Shown: positions 38,835 to 52,370 of the stretch, piece after piece | Position numbering within the stretch: the stretch's first letter is position 1 | How the letters are laid out: each line of letters begins with the position of its first letter | DNA from: Gekko japonicus | Taxonomy: Eukaryota | Length of the DNA: 64,000 nt | Direction of reading: 5' to 3' | Assembly: GCF_001447785.1 (NCBI RefSeq) | Contig: NW_015167530.1 | Span: forward strand, 254,474-318,473 | Position numbers and translations under genes: made by a program | Notes under the pieces: generated by a model | Told to the model about the DNA's origin: nothing | Database searches by the model: none | The model's input: only the letters and a program-made list of their open reading frames with translations

Positions 38835-39404
38835 TAGAGATGTGAAGGCCCGGAAAACCCCCGGAAAAAATGGAAAAATTGAAAAGAGAAAAGAAAAAAA
38901 ATTGATTATGGAACGTTTTATTTTAACATGATGAATAAAATATTTTAAGACCAGGTATTCAAATATTTTCCAAATCATTTCTAAAATATATATATATGGT
39001 ATCAGATTGATGTAATTTCTGTGCACTGAGGACAAGCAAGTCCTAGGTTACAAACTGAACTCTCCAATGCAAGAACAAGATGCATTTCTTCCTTTAGGAG
39101 GTGCGATTGTCAGAAGAAAATAAAAAAGTTTCAGTTTTGGTTTTGCATGTGGGTGGGTATTCTGTAATAATTGTTTGGATACACTATATTTTTAATATGC
39201 TAGTTGTGATAATTTCATGCCAAGTAAAAATGTCCATAGTCATATTTTATGTTCCTAAAGTAACAGAATGACTTTCAAACTAGAAAAGACAAAATAAATG
39301 CTAATGTAGCATTTTTTTCCATTTTTCCAAAAATTTCCGTTTTTTTCCAGAAAAAAACGGGGGGTTTTCCGAGCTTCAAAATTTCCGGAAATTTTACATC
39401 TCTA
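38835..39404. mobile_element. Non-autonomous hAT element
   Basis: TIR TAGAGATGT/ACATCTCTA; 8-bp TSD gtactgac/gttctgac; subterminal ccggaaa repeats. Confidence 0.85.
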
Positions 39405-41470
39405 GTTCTGACCCTCTTAGCAGGCAATACCCTAACCAACCAGCAGGTGGTAGCAGAAATATCAGAGAGAAGCAGAGTTGGGTGGACTCAGGAGAGAAAC
39501 ACATCACTGAGCAGAGACTCGAGACAGTTGCTGAGAACCTAGATACCTCATACAGCCAAAGCAGAATGGAGCTCACAGGTCAGCAAGGCTGTTTTGTGAC
39601 AGTATAATCCAGTTTTATTGCACTGTCTATACCGGTCTTTACTACATCAATATGCCTAATGGTCAACATGGCTCCATCTGCGAATACATAAATCCAGAGA
39701 CTGGAGCAATAAACAAACAAGACAGATCTATCTACAAATCTGAGAAAAGCCCCTAGATTTTCAGAAAATTCTGCAAGCTCAATCTAAATGAATCTATCTA
39801 CATAAATAGAGCAGGGGTTAACCTCCCAAATAATAGAAGCAGAGCCTGTACCTTTAAGAAATGGGTACACTCAGATCTCAGTGGCCATGTGGCTGTATGG
39901 CAACCAGAACAATCTTGCCATCCTTCAAACCTTGGTTTCTATCAGTAAAAGGCAAAGGGAAGTGGACAGGGCCCTTTTCCAGGACTATTTTGGCCTCCCA
40001 AATCGGCTTCCCCTCCCTCCTACTCCGGAGAGAGGAACTCATTGGGGCCAGGCTCAGCAGCAGTCACCGGACAACTTGCTACCATGAAAAGCAGTTTTAA
40101 AACATTTTTAAGTGAATATGGGGGAAATTCAAAAGCCTGATTCCATCAGAGTATAGTCATTTCTTAGGAATTTTATGGTCCTGGCTCCACTCAGATACTG
40201 CTACACTGATGAATCTTGATTACTGACACTGAACATCAGGGTTTTAAAAGTGGCAGGGCAGTTTTTAATATCAGGCTGCATGAAGGGGGTAGAGCTGTTT
40301 CTGGCAGGCTTTTATCTTTACCACGGTCCCTGCACCTGGAATGTTTCAAAACTGGTTAGCACTTTTTTGCCTTGGGGGGGAAATCCCACACATTCCCCTC
40401 AACAAACTATGACAGGGTGTCTCTGAGAGACTCCAGGCTTGCAGCAGCCACCTACAAGCAAATAGAAACCAGTAGCTGTTGCACATCAGGAAGGGACAAG
40501 GTGGAAATGCAGGCTCACCCCATAAAAAACCCAAGGCTTTTGCCATTACAGGATAGAGTAACCATGACCATGAATGTGCTAAAAAAAAAAAAAAGCAAGA
40601 CAACCAAGAACAGCTGCAATAAAACATAATTGTTGGGCAGGCTGGTTTCAGACTGACAATAATACAAGCCAGGCAAGCGTTCTCAACAGGCTTCTGTCCC
40701 CCATCCCCCCAGGTGAATAAGTTAGGCCAATGCCTAAACTGCCAAGGGCTGAGACCATTTAACCGAAGGTGTGGGGATTAACACTTTTCGCTATGCTGCC
40801 ACAGGGCTTGATCTGCACCGTTTAGTGCTTTAGTCTGTGCCAGGAGCAATAAATAGAGGCTTTGATGGTTTATATTTCCACCCGCCTGAAAAGCCAACAA
40901 GCACCAGCACTTTCTTTCAGTTACAGAAATAGGGGTGGCTCCCATCTGGTCAGACAATTGGTCTTTCCAGCTGGGAATCCAGGTTTCTGACAGCAACACC
41001 TTCCCCAAAAAGAAGGAGAGTTGAGATACTTCTGCCAGGAATGAGAACTGCAACAATTTCTAACACAAAATCAGGAAGATGGAATTTCAAGGAAAAAGTC
41101 AGCGGTTGCGTTTCTACAGAAACTGTTAACAGCTAAGTTAGTGGCCCTGTGGAGAAAGGTGGCATGTATGTGCTCAGCTCCTGGAGCTTCAACAACTGAA
41201 AAAGGCAGTTGGTGCCTCTTTCAATAGGTCTGCAGGCATGCAGTTGTACAAGAAATGAATGGGAATATCCTAAATATATTCCATTCATTTTTCTGTAAAC
41301 GAAATGATTATTTATCCAGGGATCTGCTTGTGTGAAATTCTGGAGAGAGTTGTTTCTATTATCACTTACTTCTCCAAAGATGAATTAGTTACTGTAACTC
41401 CTCTCCAGAATTATAAATACTATTTTTTTACTATTCTACGCATGCTACATCTCAGTTCTCGCTTATACTC

Positions 41471-41749
41471 GTTTGGTGTAGTGGTTAAGTGCGCGGACTC
41501 TAATCTGGGAGAACTGGGTTTGATTCTCCCCTCCTCCACTTGCACCTGGCTGGATGACCTTGGGCAAGCCATAATTCTGGCACAGCTGTTCTGGAAAAAA
41601 GAGCAGTTTCTGTCAGAGCGCTCTCAGCCCCACCTACCTCACAGGGTGTCTGTTGTGGGGAGGGGAAGGGAAAGGAGTTTGTAAGTCGTTCTGAGACACC
41701 TTTGGGTAGTGAAGGGCAGGGTATAAATCCAATCTCTTCTTCTTCTTCT
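41471..41749 (+). mobile_element. Squam3 SINE
   Basis: Full body and (CTT)n tail. Confidence 0.85.
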
Positions 41750-41759
41750 ACCCAGAATT

Positions 41760-42116
41760 GAACTTTGTAATCTTGGAGATGCCACTGGACTCACACTTCA
41801 TCCTCATAGCTGTTTGTTAACTCTTGTATTTACTGCCATTCACAGATCTTATCAACCACCTTAATCCAATCTCAGCTATAATCAGCTAGTTACTTATGCA
41901 TCTTGACACTAACTAGCCCTTCCTGGCAACTAACCCCACCACCTCTCTCTACCTATATGTAATGGTTGAGAAAATTCTGTTTCACAATATCTGAAGAAGT
42001 GTGCTTGAACATGAAAGCTTATACCTTGAATAAAACTTTGTTGGTCTTAAAGGTGTCACTGGACTCAAAATTTTGTTCTGCTGCTTCAGACCAACACAGC
42101 TAACTACCTGAATCTA
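41760..42116 (+). mobile_element. Penelope-like (Neptune-type) pLTR with minimal hammerhead motif
   Basis: ctgaagaagtgt...acatgaaagcttatac; AATAAA; ttggtcttaaaggtg.cactggactc...agaccaacac.gc end. Confidence 0.75.
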
Positions 42117-42547
42117 CTCCCTCCTATGGTAGCCACCTTCTGATCTGAAGGAGGAGACTAATTTTATGAGCCTGACTTTGTACAGGTGTGCACTGCACTC
42201 CTTCTACCATCCAGGGGATAGGTATGGGGAGAAAGGGCCACTTCGCTATCCTGTACCAGCCTTTATGTGGCCATGCCCATTCCCAATCACACAGGCTTAC
42301 ACACACCTTTGGACACCTGCAGCTCGAACAGGACACATGGTGCCCCACCCTTCTCTGTACCCCATCCCTTGATCAGAGGAGGAGAAGGTGCAAGACACCC
42401 CTCTGCAACGCCCACGGAAACAGACTGCGTGAAAGTCCCGCCCCTTCAACTCTGACGGTGGTCAGGCACCCTCTTCTATGACTTGGTCCTCCCAATAACC
42501 AAGTGCTTGATGCTTAGAACAAAAGATCTCAGTCCAAGATGACTCAC

Positions 42548-42665
42548 CTGAGGTTTAATGTTCACGGTCTCCACTGCATTCTCATTGAGCCACTTCACGT
42601 CAATTTCCACATCAAAGTGCCCAATGTTACATACAATGCTATCATCTTTCATCTGCTCAAAATGC
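42548..42665 (-). CDS. AHCY: AHCY exon 8
   Basis: ttctag|G CAT TTT...CCT CAG|gtgagt; [39 protein letters not shown]; 118 nt. Confidence 0.97.
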
Positions 42666-43624
42666 CTAGAATGAAATAAAAAGCTTTTTCAGGAACGGTA
42701 ATTCATTTTATGCTACGGTAAAGGAATTAGCGCTGTTTTCCTAAAGAACACCATGGTTCAGGTGGGGAGGGACCCCACAACCCCTAACCATGATTCCAGC
42801 CACACCAGTTAGCAGCTTCACTGCAAGTTAATACCCAGCCTATGAGACTAAAATCTACTGTGCCATGCAGAGTAAAGCCTTAAACAAAGAAGAGTTGGCT
42901 CGTATGCCCCACTGTTCTCTACATTAAGGAATTCCAAAGCGGCGTATAATGTCCTTCTCTTCCTCCCCCCACAACAGGCACCTTGTAAGGTAAGTGGAGC
43001 TGAGAGAGTTCTGAGAGACTGGCCCAAGGTCACCCAGCAGGCTTCATGTGGAGAAGTAGAATCAAATCTGGCTCTCTAGGTTAGGGGCTCTTAACCACTA
43101 CACCATACCACTACACTACATCTCTGCCAAAGATCCACGTCTCTTGGATCTGCCCCACTGCTCCTCTAAGTTGTGATCAAACCAGGGGAAATTTCCATGT
43201 TGTCCATTATTCCCAACAGAATATGACTCAGAACCCCGTATATACATGGAACTGGGAAGGTGAGGTTACATTTACCCTCATATTACAGCAGTTTCTAACT
43301 TCCTGCCATCATCTGCTTCATCAACTTGTCTTTATGTTGCCAATGCCTGTCCCCATTTATATACAATTCAGCCATGGGATGAAGCCAGTAAAAGCTTCAG
43401 ATTCATTCTAGTTCAAGGCTCATTTATACATACATTTGTGCTCAATAAATTTATTTATTTATTTATTAATCAAATTTATACCCCGCCCTCCCCCGTAGGG
43501 CTCAGGGCGGCTTACAGGGCAAGAAATCTTGCAACAATAAAACATCCTATACATTTAAAAACATACTATACAATTTAAAACCGATCTCAGTACAAATAAA
43601 GTGTCGGGGACAAAGGATGGCACC

Positions 43625-44720
43625 GGTCCCGGAGGCGCTCCCTTGAATGTGGAGTGCCTCAGGGGGCTGTGCTGTCCCCGATGTTGTTTAACATCTACAT
43701 GCGCCCCCTCGCCCAGATAGCCCGGAGGTGTGGGCTTGGGTGTCATCAATATGCGGATGACACCCAGCTCTATCTGATGTTGGACGGCCAGTCGGACTCT
43801 GGTCCCGATGACCTTTCGCGGGCATTGCAAGCCGTGGCTGGGTGGCTCAAGCTGAGTCGGTTGAAACTAAACCCGGCAAAGACGGAGGTCCTGGGCCTGG
43901 GTCGGATCGGCCGGGAGTTGGGACACCCTCTCCCGACCTTTGGCGGGACACCATTGGTGCCTACGCGGGAGGTTAGGAGTTTGGGTGTGCTCCTGGACTC
44001 CTCTAACGATGGAGGCCCAGGTGGCAGCCACCGCCAAGTCAGCCTTTTATCATCTGCGGCTGGCCAGGCAGTTGGTTCCCTATCTCGGCCGAGAAGACCT
44101 GGCCACTGTGATCCATGCGACGGTCNNNNNNNNNNNNNNNNNNNNNNNNNNNNNNNNNNNNNNNNNNNNNNNNNNNNNNNNNNNNNNNNNNNNNNNNNNN
44201 NNNNNNNNNNNNNNNNNNNNNNNNNNNNNNNNNNNNNNNNNNNNNNNNNNNNNNNNNNNNNNNNNNNNNNNNNNNNNNNNNNNNNNNNNNNNNNNNNNNN
44301 NNNNNNNNNNNNNNNNNNNNNNNNNNNNNNNNNNNNNNNNNNNNNNNNNNNNNNNNNNNNNNNNNNNNNNNNNNNNNNNNNNNNNNNNNNNNNNNNNNNN
44401 NNNNNNNNNNNNNNNNNNNNNNNNNNNNNNNNNNNNNNCACATAGTGGGGATAGATGTCGCCCAATAGAGCTGGGGAAACATTCTTCCTGGCGCTCCTGC
44501 TGTGAAGAACTTGGCCGCCAGTGTGGGACGTCGCCCATCTTGGATTTTATGTAAATTATCAAAGCACCAAATTTTATGTCAAGATATAGTGTTTTTATTA
44601 TGCTGTTGCTTGTATGCATATTTTAACTTCGGCATGGCCGCTTGTTAGCCGCCTCGAGCTGTATATTGGATGGGGCGGGATATAAATCCCAAAAATAAAT
44701 AAATAAAAATAAATAAAATA
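43625..44720 (+). mobile_element. L2 LINE RT and 3' end spanning a gap, nested in an opposite-strand L2 (43445-43625, 44860-44945)
   Basis: GVPQGAVLSPMLFNIYM...HQYADDTQLYL...LKLNPAKTE; (TAAA)n tails at both 43450 (-) and 44700 (+). Confidence 0.88.
44126..44438. other. Assembly gap
   Basis: N run. Confidence 1.
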
Positions 44721-45463
44721 ATCCTCAGTTCCAGAAACCCTGAAAGATGGCTGACCAAATCCAGACATTCCCGGTAGGCATTCAGTGGCTTCAATATTAA
44801 GATGTTAAAAAGTTCAGATGTTACTTCCTAGGGCCTTTTCCACCCCCCTATGATGACAATATAACGGGGGGGCGGCAGCCCCTACTCGAAAGCCTGGCGG
44901 AAGAGCTCCGTCTTGCAGGCCCTGCGGAACTGCATCAAATCCCTGCGTCAAAATGGTAGACTTGCAATCCTGCTTGGGCCACACACTTATTAGATTAAGA
45001 AACAGTTATTCTGCAAGCTCCTGGAAGGGGCTTTCATAAGACTTCCTGCTCAGTCACATGATCACTGCTTTTGTTGTATTAAGGACAATGGCATCATAAC
45101 AGCCTCTGGAATTTTATTTACATTTTCATTTTAAGGAATTCAAGAAGAGGGGCCAGGCTGCAACTTTTCATGCTACACTCCAGAATATCTGCTAATTAAA
45201 GGACTCAAGGAAGATACATGTAAAAACAATATTAAAGCCAGCTCAGACCTCATTCTCACACACTATGCAATGCTTGAAATCTATTCTTGAGGCCAGCTAT
45301 TGGGACTGACAAGCACCTAAACTATTTGCAGTGAAACACAACAGTGAACAGCCATCAGAAAAGTTATCTCAGTGAACTAACTTCCACAATTCCTCTGCAC
45401 ACCTCTTCTGTAGCACACAATGGGAGAACAGAGCTTTAAGCATTTTTTAATGGTATTTAGTAC

Positions 45464-45551
45464 CTTCCCTGCACGATGTCGGTACATCCAGTGGTCGTAA
45501 CAAAAATGTTGCCTTCTTTGCAAGCCTCTTCCATTGTCGTAACTTCATAAC
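45464..45551 (-). CDS. AHCY: AHCY exon 7
   Basis: cttcag|GT TAT GAA...GGA AG|gtacta; [30 protein letters not shown]; 88 nt. Confidence 0.97.
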
Positions 45552-46004
45552 CTGAAGGGGTAAAGGAAATGTGCAATATTCCATGTGTCTCTTTGCACAT
45601 TTGTGCTTCTGTGCACATGCCTAAGATAATGCAATATTCATACCAAACTTATATACTAACCAGGGAAATCAGGATCAGTTGACATGATCAGTTCCCTTAT
45701 ATAATGTGTGAAGTGGCCCTATGAAACTCATGTGCTTTTTCTCAAACATACACATATACATACACTCACACAATATATATGATATTGTGTTCTTTACATT
45801 TCATTGATTCGACTTTATCCTGTGTTTTGGGCTCATTTATTTAGATACTTACACTATTTAACGATTGCCTTGCACTATCACTGGACCTTAAGTAAGGCTC
45901 ATATCTTCTCATCTATCAGCATCTATCATCTATCAACATCTATATAACACTTAACTTCTTCTAACTGCTGAAAATGACAAACTGACACTTGAGATGAGAG
46001 CCGG

Positions 46005-46282
46005 CACAGAATGGACTTTTCAAAAAACTTGGAAGAGATTCTATGATTGGTATAATGTAAACACAACTGATAGATAAATGTAGTAATTTGAAAATGCAGA
46101 AAAGATAAGTTTAGTAAAATAGATAATGAATTTAGAAATTTAATAAGCAGAAGAAGTGATAAAAGTCTCTTGTTACATGTTATATATTGTTGGGGGTAGT
46201 TGGGTGTTTGTATGTATGCCTGTAGTATATAATGAAAAATAATAAAAGTGTACCCTTGGGTACTTAAAAAACTAAAAAAACT
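46005..46282 (+). mobile_element. L1 3' terminal fragment
   Basis: FQKTWKRFYDW resembles the end of the L1 at 23319 (YWKKFYDW); AATAAA then A-rich tail. Confidence 0.55.
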
Positions 46283-47271
46283 TCTTCTAACTGCGATCAC
46301 GTGATTTTATCTCTACAGCCCTGTAAGGTAAACTAAGCTGAGACAGTGCTGTAGAGAACCTATGTGTGCTTATAATGCTTTCACAGGCAAGCATGGAACC
46401 AGTTCCACACTGTAGTAAGAATGGGAATATAAAGATTTTCATATATCGGTTTTTCCTTCTTGATTGTTCATATTCATATTTCTCTGGTTTTTATAGATTT
46501 ATTCTTTAAGTAATATTTTATTAGGATGTTAGAAAGGCCTGTTATATAGAAGGCTTTCCTCTTGCAGGTCTGATATTGCTAGCAAGCAACATAATGGGTA
46601 CAAAGTTCATGATTCTGTAGTTCTTAGGGCAAACCTTTCAATGTCTGGGTCAGATAAGATTTTAGTCTCGTATCAGTAATGAATACTTTTGTTTGGGGAA
46701 GAACAAGCTTTAGCTGATATGCCTTAGGTTATGTCAAGTAAATATGTGACGCTATTGCATAGGCACACCTTTCTTACATTTGACCAATAAGGAGATTTTC
46801 ATGTAAATGTTGTTTATGTTTTTGTAACCAATTATGCCTTTTGGATATTATTCCCATGATGATGGTATGATGACGTCATTTTAAGTATTTAACTTTATGT
46901 ATTTCCTGAATCTGTTCAGAATATGCTCAAGAAGAAGATGAAGAAGAAAAAGAAGAAAGTTGTCAATTTTTGGTTAACTATTTGGTCTAATTGTTTTCCT
47001 ATTAATTGAGGCATGTTTCCTGATTATGCTGAAAAGAAAGCAATCAATTTTGATGGGTCCTTTGGCCTGTTTTCCATATTTCATTACAATAAAATACAAG
47101 AACTTCCTCCTCATTTGACTTCATTTTTGACATGGAATCTAATGTCTACAACAACACTGGGGATATCAGAAACCAACTTCCTTTCAGCATATGCAGAGTG
47201 CCTTGCTATCACCATCAAGTTACACCTTCTTCCTATGTACTAAGGACTAAAAACCAGGCTTTCAGGACCTA

Positions 47272-47655
<384 letters not shown>

Positions 47656-48976
47656 CTAGAGAGGAAAACAGGATTTTGAGGAAATTGGAGCACTCTCTCT
47701 AAATAGTCAATATTATGAGTATTTTCTGAAAGGCAATGTCAAAATGCTGCCAGTAGACTAAGAGTTTGAGCCAATCAGCTTTTCCACTGGTGAGAAAGGA
47801 AGGAAGGATCCTATTTGACACAGAAGCTATGCTTGGGATCACAGGACCTGCCTGGACAAAAGCCATATGGGACAGAGACTGTACAGTGAGGAGAATTAAG
47901 TGAGATTAATGCAAAAGCTGGCTGGATCCAGCTCTAAATTCCCAATCTGGGCAGTTAAAGGGGTTCTATAAGTTAATAGTATGCTACATTCTTAACAAAA
48001 ATGTAGAGAAGTTATTCAAATCACAGATACCTACTCAGAACTACTTATACTTTCCAGAGGAAACTTACAAATGCCTTATAAGAATCTGGTACAATGCTAT
48101 ACTCTGTTGGCCTGGGCCCAAGAAATTGAGGTGTGCAGAGCAAGGAAGGAATGTGGCTTTTTCAATACCAATTTCTAATGGTAAAAGCAGGCAAGCCTTT
48201 TTCTGCCCAAAGCATGGAACTTCGTCAGTTCTAATTTAAATTAACATTCACAAATTTGAGTTTGACAAACAAGTTGAACAACAAGTCTTGCTCTCTGCAA
48301 ATAACCACATAAATATGGCCTCACATTCAAGTCCACAGGATTGGTGCCAAGCAAGTGGGGGGAGGGGGGAGAAACCACAGCATTCTCATACCACTGCAGT
48401 TTATTTCTCAGGCTACAGAAGGTGAGTAGAAAGAACGCTGAATCTGAATATGAGGCTACAGCTGCAATACGAACAGACAGAATTTGAGGCAACAACAGCA
48501 TATAGAACTCTTAAGTCTCCAAAACTACACTGGAATTTAAAATCTGTATTTTGATACCATACTCCAGGGGTCCTCAGTCTTATTTTCTGGTGGGCACTTT
48601 TGGAATTTTGAGAAAGTCTACCGGGTGCCTCCATGAAATTGCTGCTATGGGCAGCAATCACAAAATGTTGGGGACAGCTATATCCAAATGGGTGCTCCCT
48701 GCAGAACAGAAGGTGATACCTTTTCTGAAGCACCTCCTGCTTCAATTAGGTGGAAGAAAGCAAAGGTTGGCTCTTTGCTTTGGGGAAGAAGCCCGTGGGC
48801 ACTAGGAAGCACATCAGTGGATAATATGGTATTCCACAGGCACCACATAGGGGTATCACTGCTGCAGACAGTTTTCCGTCATGATCTCACATCCTCACAA
48901 AATGCAACATTTGTAGGGAGAACAGATCCTGTTATATGGGCAGACAACTAGACAGAGGGAAAGAATGAAGAATTTA

Positions 48977-49120
<144 letters not shown>

Positions 49121-50162
49121 TCATCTAGTGTGAAATATCGTAACCATAAACCCTGAAGTTTAATGCAAACATTCCTAAGTAAGTTCCTTTAGAAGAATTC
49201 CTTGGTGACGTGAAAAGAGTTGTCTGGCCTTGACGTTTGATGAAACCTAAAGTACTTCCATTTGTTTCTGAGTGCTCCTCTCAGGGCAAGCCGTTTAAAC
49301 AGAGGACTTCAAAGTATAAGGTCCAAGGGCAGAAAAATTCCCCAGGAACTTACAAGGGAGGGGAGTAGCAGAGGAAGCAACCAATACCATTAGCTGAGAA
49401 CATGAATCACAGATTCCACACCCACACCCAGTAGACTTGTAGACTGCCAAACAAAAAGTGCTTAACTACTGGTTGATTGCAAAAGTACAATCAGGATTAG
49501 AGACATCAGGGGTGCTGAGAATGATTCACACATGTACAGGGCTACCAAGAGAAGCAGGAGAAGGTTAGGGGGTCCCATGAAGCCACACATCAGATTATTT
49601 GTTTTCACATATGATTGAGTTATATCTTGATGGTATGAGAAGGACCTAGAGAGTTTTTTCCCGTCTGTGGGCCTGTAGGGTCTCTCAGCAGCCCAGCAAC
49701 TGCATTGCTGAGGTGGTACAGCCTTTGTTCTATCTTGTAAAGGAAGGCATTAATCTGAAATCACCTGAAATACCAGCACTATGTAGCTTACTATGGCAAA
49801 GACAGAAAACGGGGAGGGGAGTCGTATGGAAAAGGAGCACTACCAAAGCTCAATGCATGCTACAGTATGTGCAGATGGGAGAGGCATGAATTACTGCCAG
49901 TTCCACAGACATACTGAAATGCCGTTTCAAGCCTGTGAAAGAAAATTTATGGGACCTAATTTAATCGAGAAGAGCAGCTTTCCAGACAGACTTCGAGCAT
50001 GTCCCAAGTTTACAATTATACTGCTGGGAAAATGTTAGAGACTACCCATCATGCTTCTTCAAATTCACAAAATAAAAGCTTGGAATGTATATTGCTGTGG
50101 TGTATTCAATAGCTGTCATTGAATGCCTAAACATGTGTGCGAAACACCTCATAGAAATGTAA

Positions 50163-50477
50163 TGTTAAGCTTCGCCCTGGGCTAGGATCCAAATACATCC
50201 AATCGCATGGCTAGCCCAGGAAGAACCAACCAATCGCATATCAGCAAGCTCCCTGAGTGGGAACGTCGATGATTGGTCCTTATGTAAACAATCTCATTGG
50301 TTGGTAATGTACAGTAAAGGCGTGGCTATATTAGCCGGGAGAGTTTAAAAAGGGAACAGCTTTAGCATTAAAGCTGTCAGATGTTGATCCGTGTTGGAGT
50401 TGTGTTTGAGTTGCTGAATAAAGCTGAATCTTTGCTGAATCACTCTCCGACTGCTTTGTTAAGGGAGCGACTTAACA
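50163..50477 (+). mobile_element. Solo LTR
   Basis: TGTTAAG...CTTAACA inverted ends, CCAAT boxes, TTTAAAA, AATAAA; CpG retained. Confidence 0.7.
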
Positions 50478-51259
50478 ACTGCCTTCCACAATTACTTTAC
50501 AGAGCACTTCTTTCATAGGAGCAATGCTTTTTCCTCTCATGGATCATGATGTCAGATCGACCTTGTGCTTGGGAATTGGGAGAGAGGAAGGAATATTAAG
50601 ACAGGAATCCCACATGGGGAGGTTGAAAGGGGAGACTGCTTAGCTTGTACCGGCGGTTTCACACTCCCCAGGCATCTGGTTTCCTACCACAGTAAAAATA
50701 AAACTTCAAACACAATTAAATTTTCACCAGAACTTTTTTTAAAGAAGACTGTACATGGAGATTATGAGTTGCACCCAATGAACTGTGAACAAAATTTACA
50801 ATAGAGAACTTTTATGTTTCTGCTACAGACCATTACACCCTCCTTTCTGAAATGTTGCTCCTGGGGTTCAGAGGACCTCGGTGAACAAAACTGGGAGATA
50901 CATGGGAGTCTGTGGTGGGAGATGGTAAAACAATTGTAAAAAAAACCCCACACTCCTTCATTCACAGATAATGTACCCATTGAGTTGGATACAACCCTAC
51001 GTTTTCATTCCAAGCATTGCCAAATAAAAAAAATAAGGGAATGACAGAAAGTGGCAGCTGTCTTATACAAAGTAGTGGTCAACTGCAACCAAACCACACA
51101 AACCATGAGTTCCAAAATGGCGCAAACACAGTGCATCAGCATAAAGGGCCAGTATGTCATGTTCCAAAGTCAGATCCAGGTTTCAGAATAGGTTTGTTAA
51201 TAGCCTACCACAGATCTGGATCTGTTGTTGCCAGATCCATTTACAGAGGGCTTACAGTA

Positions 51260-51323
51260 CAAAAGAGCAAGAGTCCAATAGTACCTTAAAGACTAACAAA
51301 ATATGTGGCAGGATATGAGCTTT
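51260..51323 (-). mobile_element. Penelope-like pLTR end fragment
   Basis: Reverse complement resembles 42015-42080; a matching GIY-YIG C-terminal piece (FNLSEHSVADLKVAVLLERNFKGRLERETAEL) lies at 52787-52886. Confidence 0.7.
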
Positions 51324-51677
51324 AAGAGGAAGTCCTTCTTCACCCAAAGAGTGATTAACACTTGGAATTCACTGCCACAGGAAGTGGTGGGTGCTACAAG
51401 CATGGATGGCTTCAAAAGGGAATTAGATAAGCATATGGAGCAGAGGTCCATCAGTGGCTATTAGCCACAAGGTATAGCTAGGGGCTCTGGGGCAAGTGAT
51501 GCTCTGTCTTCTTGGTGCTTGGGGGGGTCAACAGTGGGAGGGCTTCTAATGTCCTGGCCCCACTGGTGGACCTCCTGATGGCACTGGTATTTCTGGCCAC
51601 TGTGTGACACAGAGTGTTGGACTGGATGGGCCTTTGGCCTGATCCAACATTGGCGTCTCTTATGTTCTTATGTTCTT
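51324..51677 (+). mobile_element. CR1 3' end (same subfamily as 12562)
   Basis: Near-identical to 12762-13110; (TTCTTATG)n tail. Confidence 0.9.
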
Positions 51678-51794
51678 AATGTTCTGAAAGGTTAAAAATA
51701 CTGATTTTGCAGACCAAAATTTTAAAACTGACCAAATACTGACAAAAAAACTTACGAATTATTGAACAATTTAATGTCAGCCTATTGGTAAGTT

Positions 51795-52113
51795 AGGTGG
51801 CCACAGTGTCTCAGAGGTTAAGACGCTGAGCAGTTTGAGACCTTAGTGCCGCGTTACGGAGTGAACTCCTGTCTCTGGCTCCAGCTCCTGCCAACCTAGC
51901 AGTTCGAAAACAAGAAATTTCAAGTAGATAAATAGGTACCACTTTGGTGGGAAGGAAACAGTGTTCCATGTGCCTCAGCATTTAGACACGCCGGGCACAT
52001 GACCACGGAAATGTCTTTGGATAGCACTGGCTCTTCGGGTTGGAAACGGAGATGAGCACTGCATCCCTAGAGTCTGGTTTGACTGGCTTTCGAGCAAGGG
52101 AAACCTTTACCTT
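51795..52113 (+). mobile_element. Sauria SINE (duplicate at 52983-53301)
   Basis: Same core as 21465; (ACCTTT)n tail; diverged TSD tattggtaagttag/tattgataaattag. Confidence 0.85.
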
Positions 52114-52286
52114 TTATTGATAAATTAGCCTTTTAAAAGTAAAACCAGGACTTCATTAAAAATTATTATTATCTGGCCTCCGCCATCCCCATAGCCAGCC
52201 ATTGCACACCTTTTTATTGATTTTTAAAAATGAAGATAGGACAATGTTTTCATTATTGTACAAAATTTAGGGCAAAAACAGATTCC

Positions 52287-52370
52287 NNNNNNNNNNNNNN
52301 NNNNNNNNNNNNNNNNNNNNNNNNNNNNNNNNNNNNNNNNNNNNNNNNNNNNNNNNNNNNNNNNNNNNNN
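52287..52370. other. Assembly gap
   Basis: N run. Confidence 1.

Noticed and set aside
39590-40627. Possible solo LTR (also 35437-36190)
   Set aside because: TG...CA-like ends but no TSD or second copy; boundaries cannot be supported
43770-44619. Long ORFs spanning X runs
   Set aside because: Artefacts of the N gap
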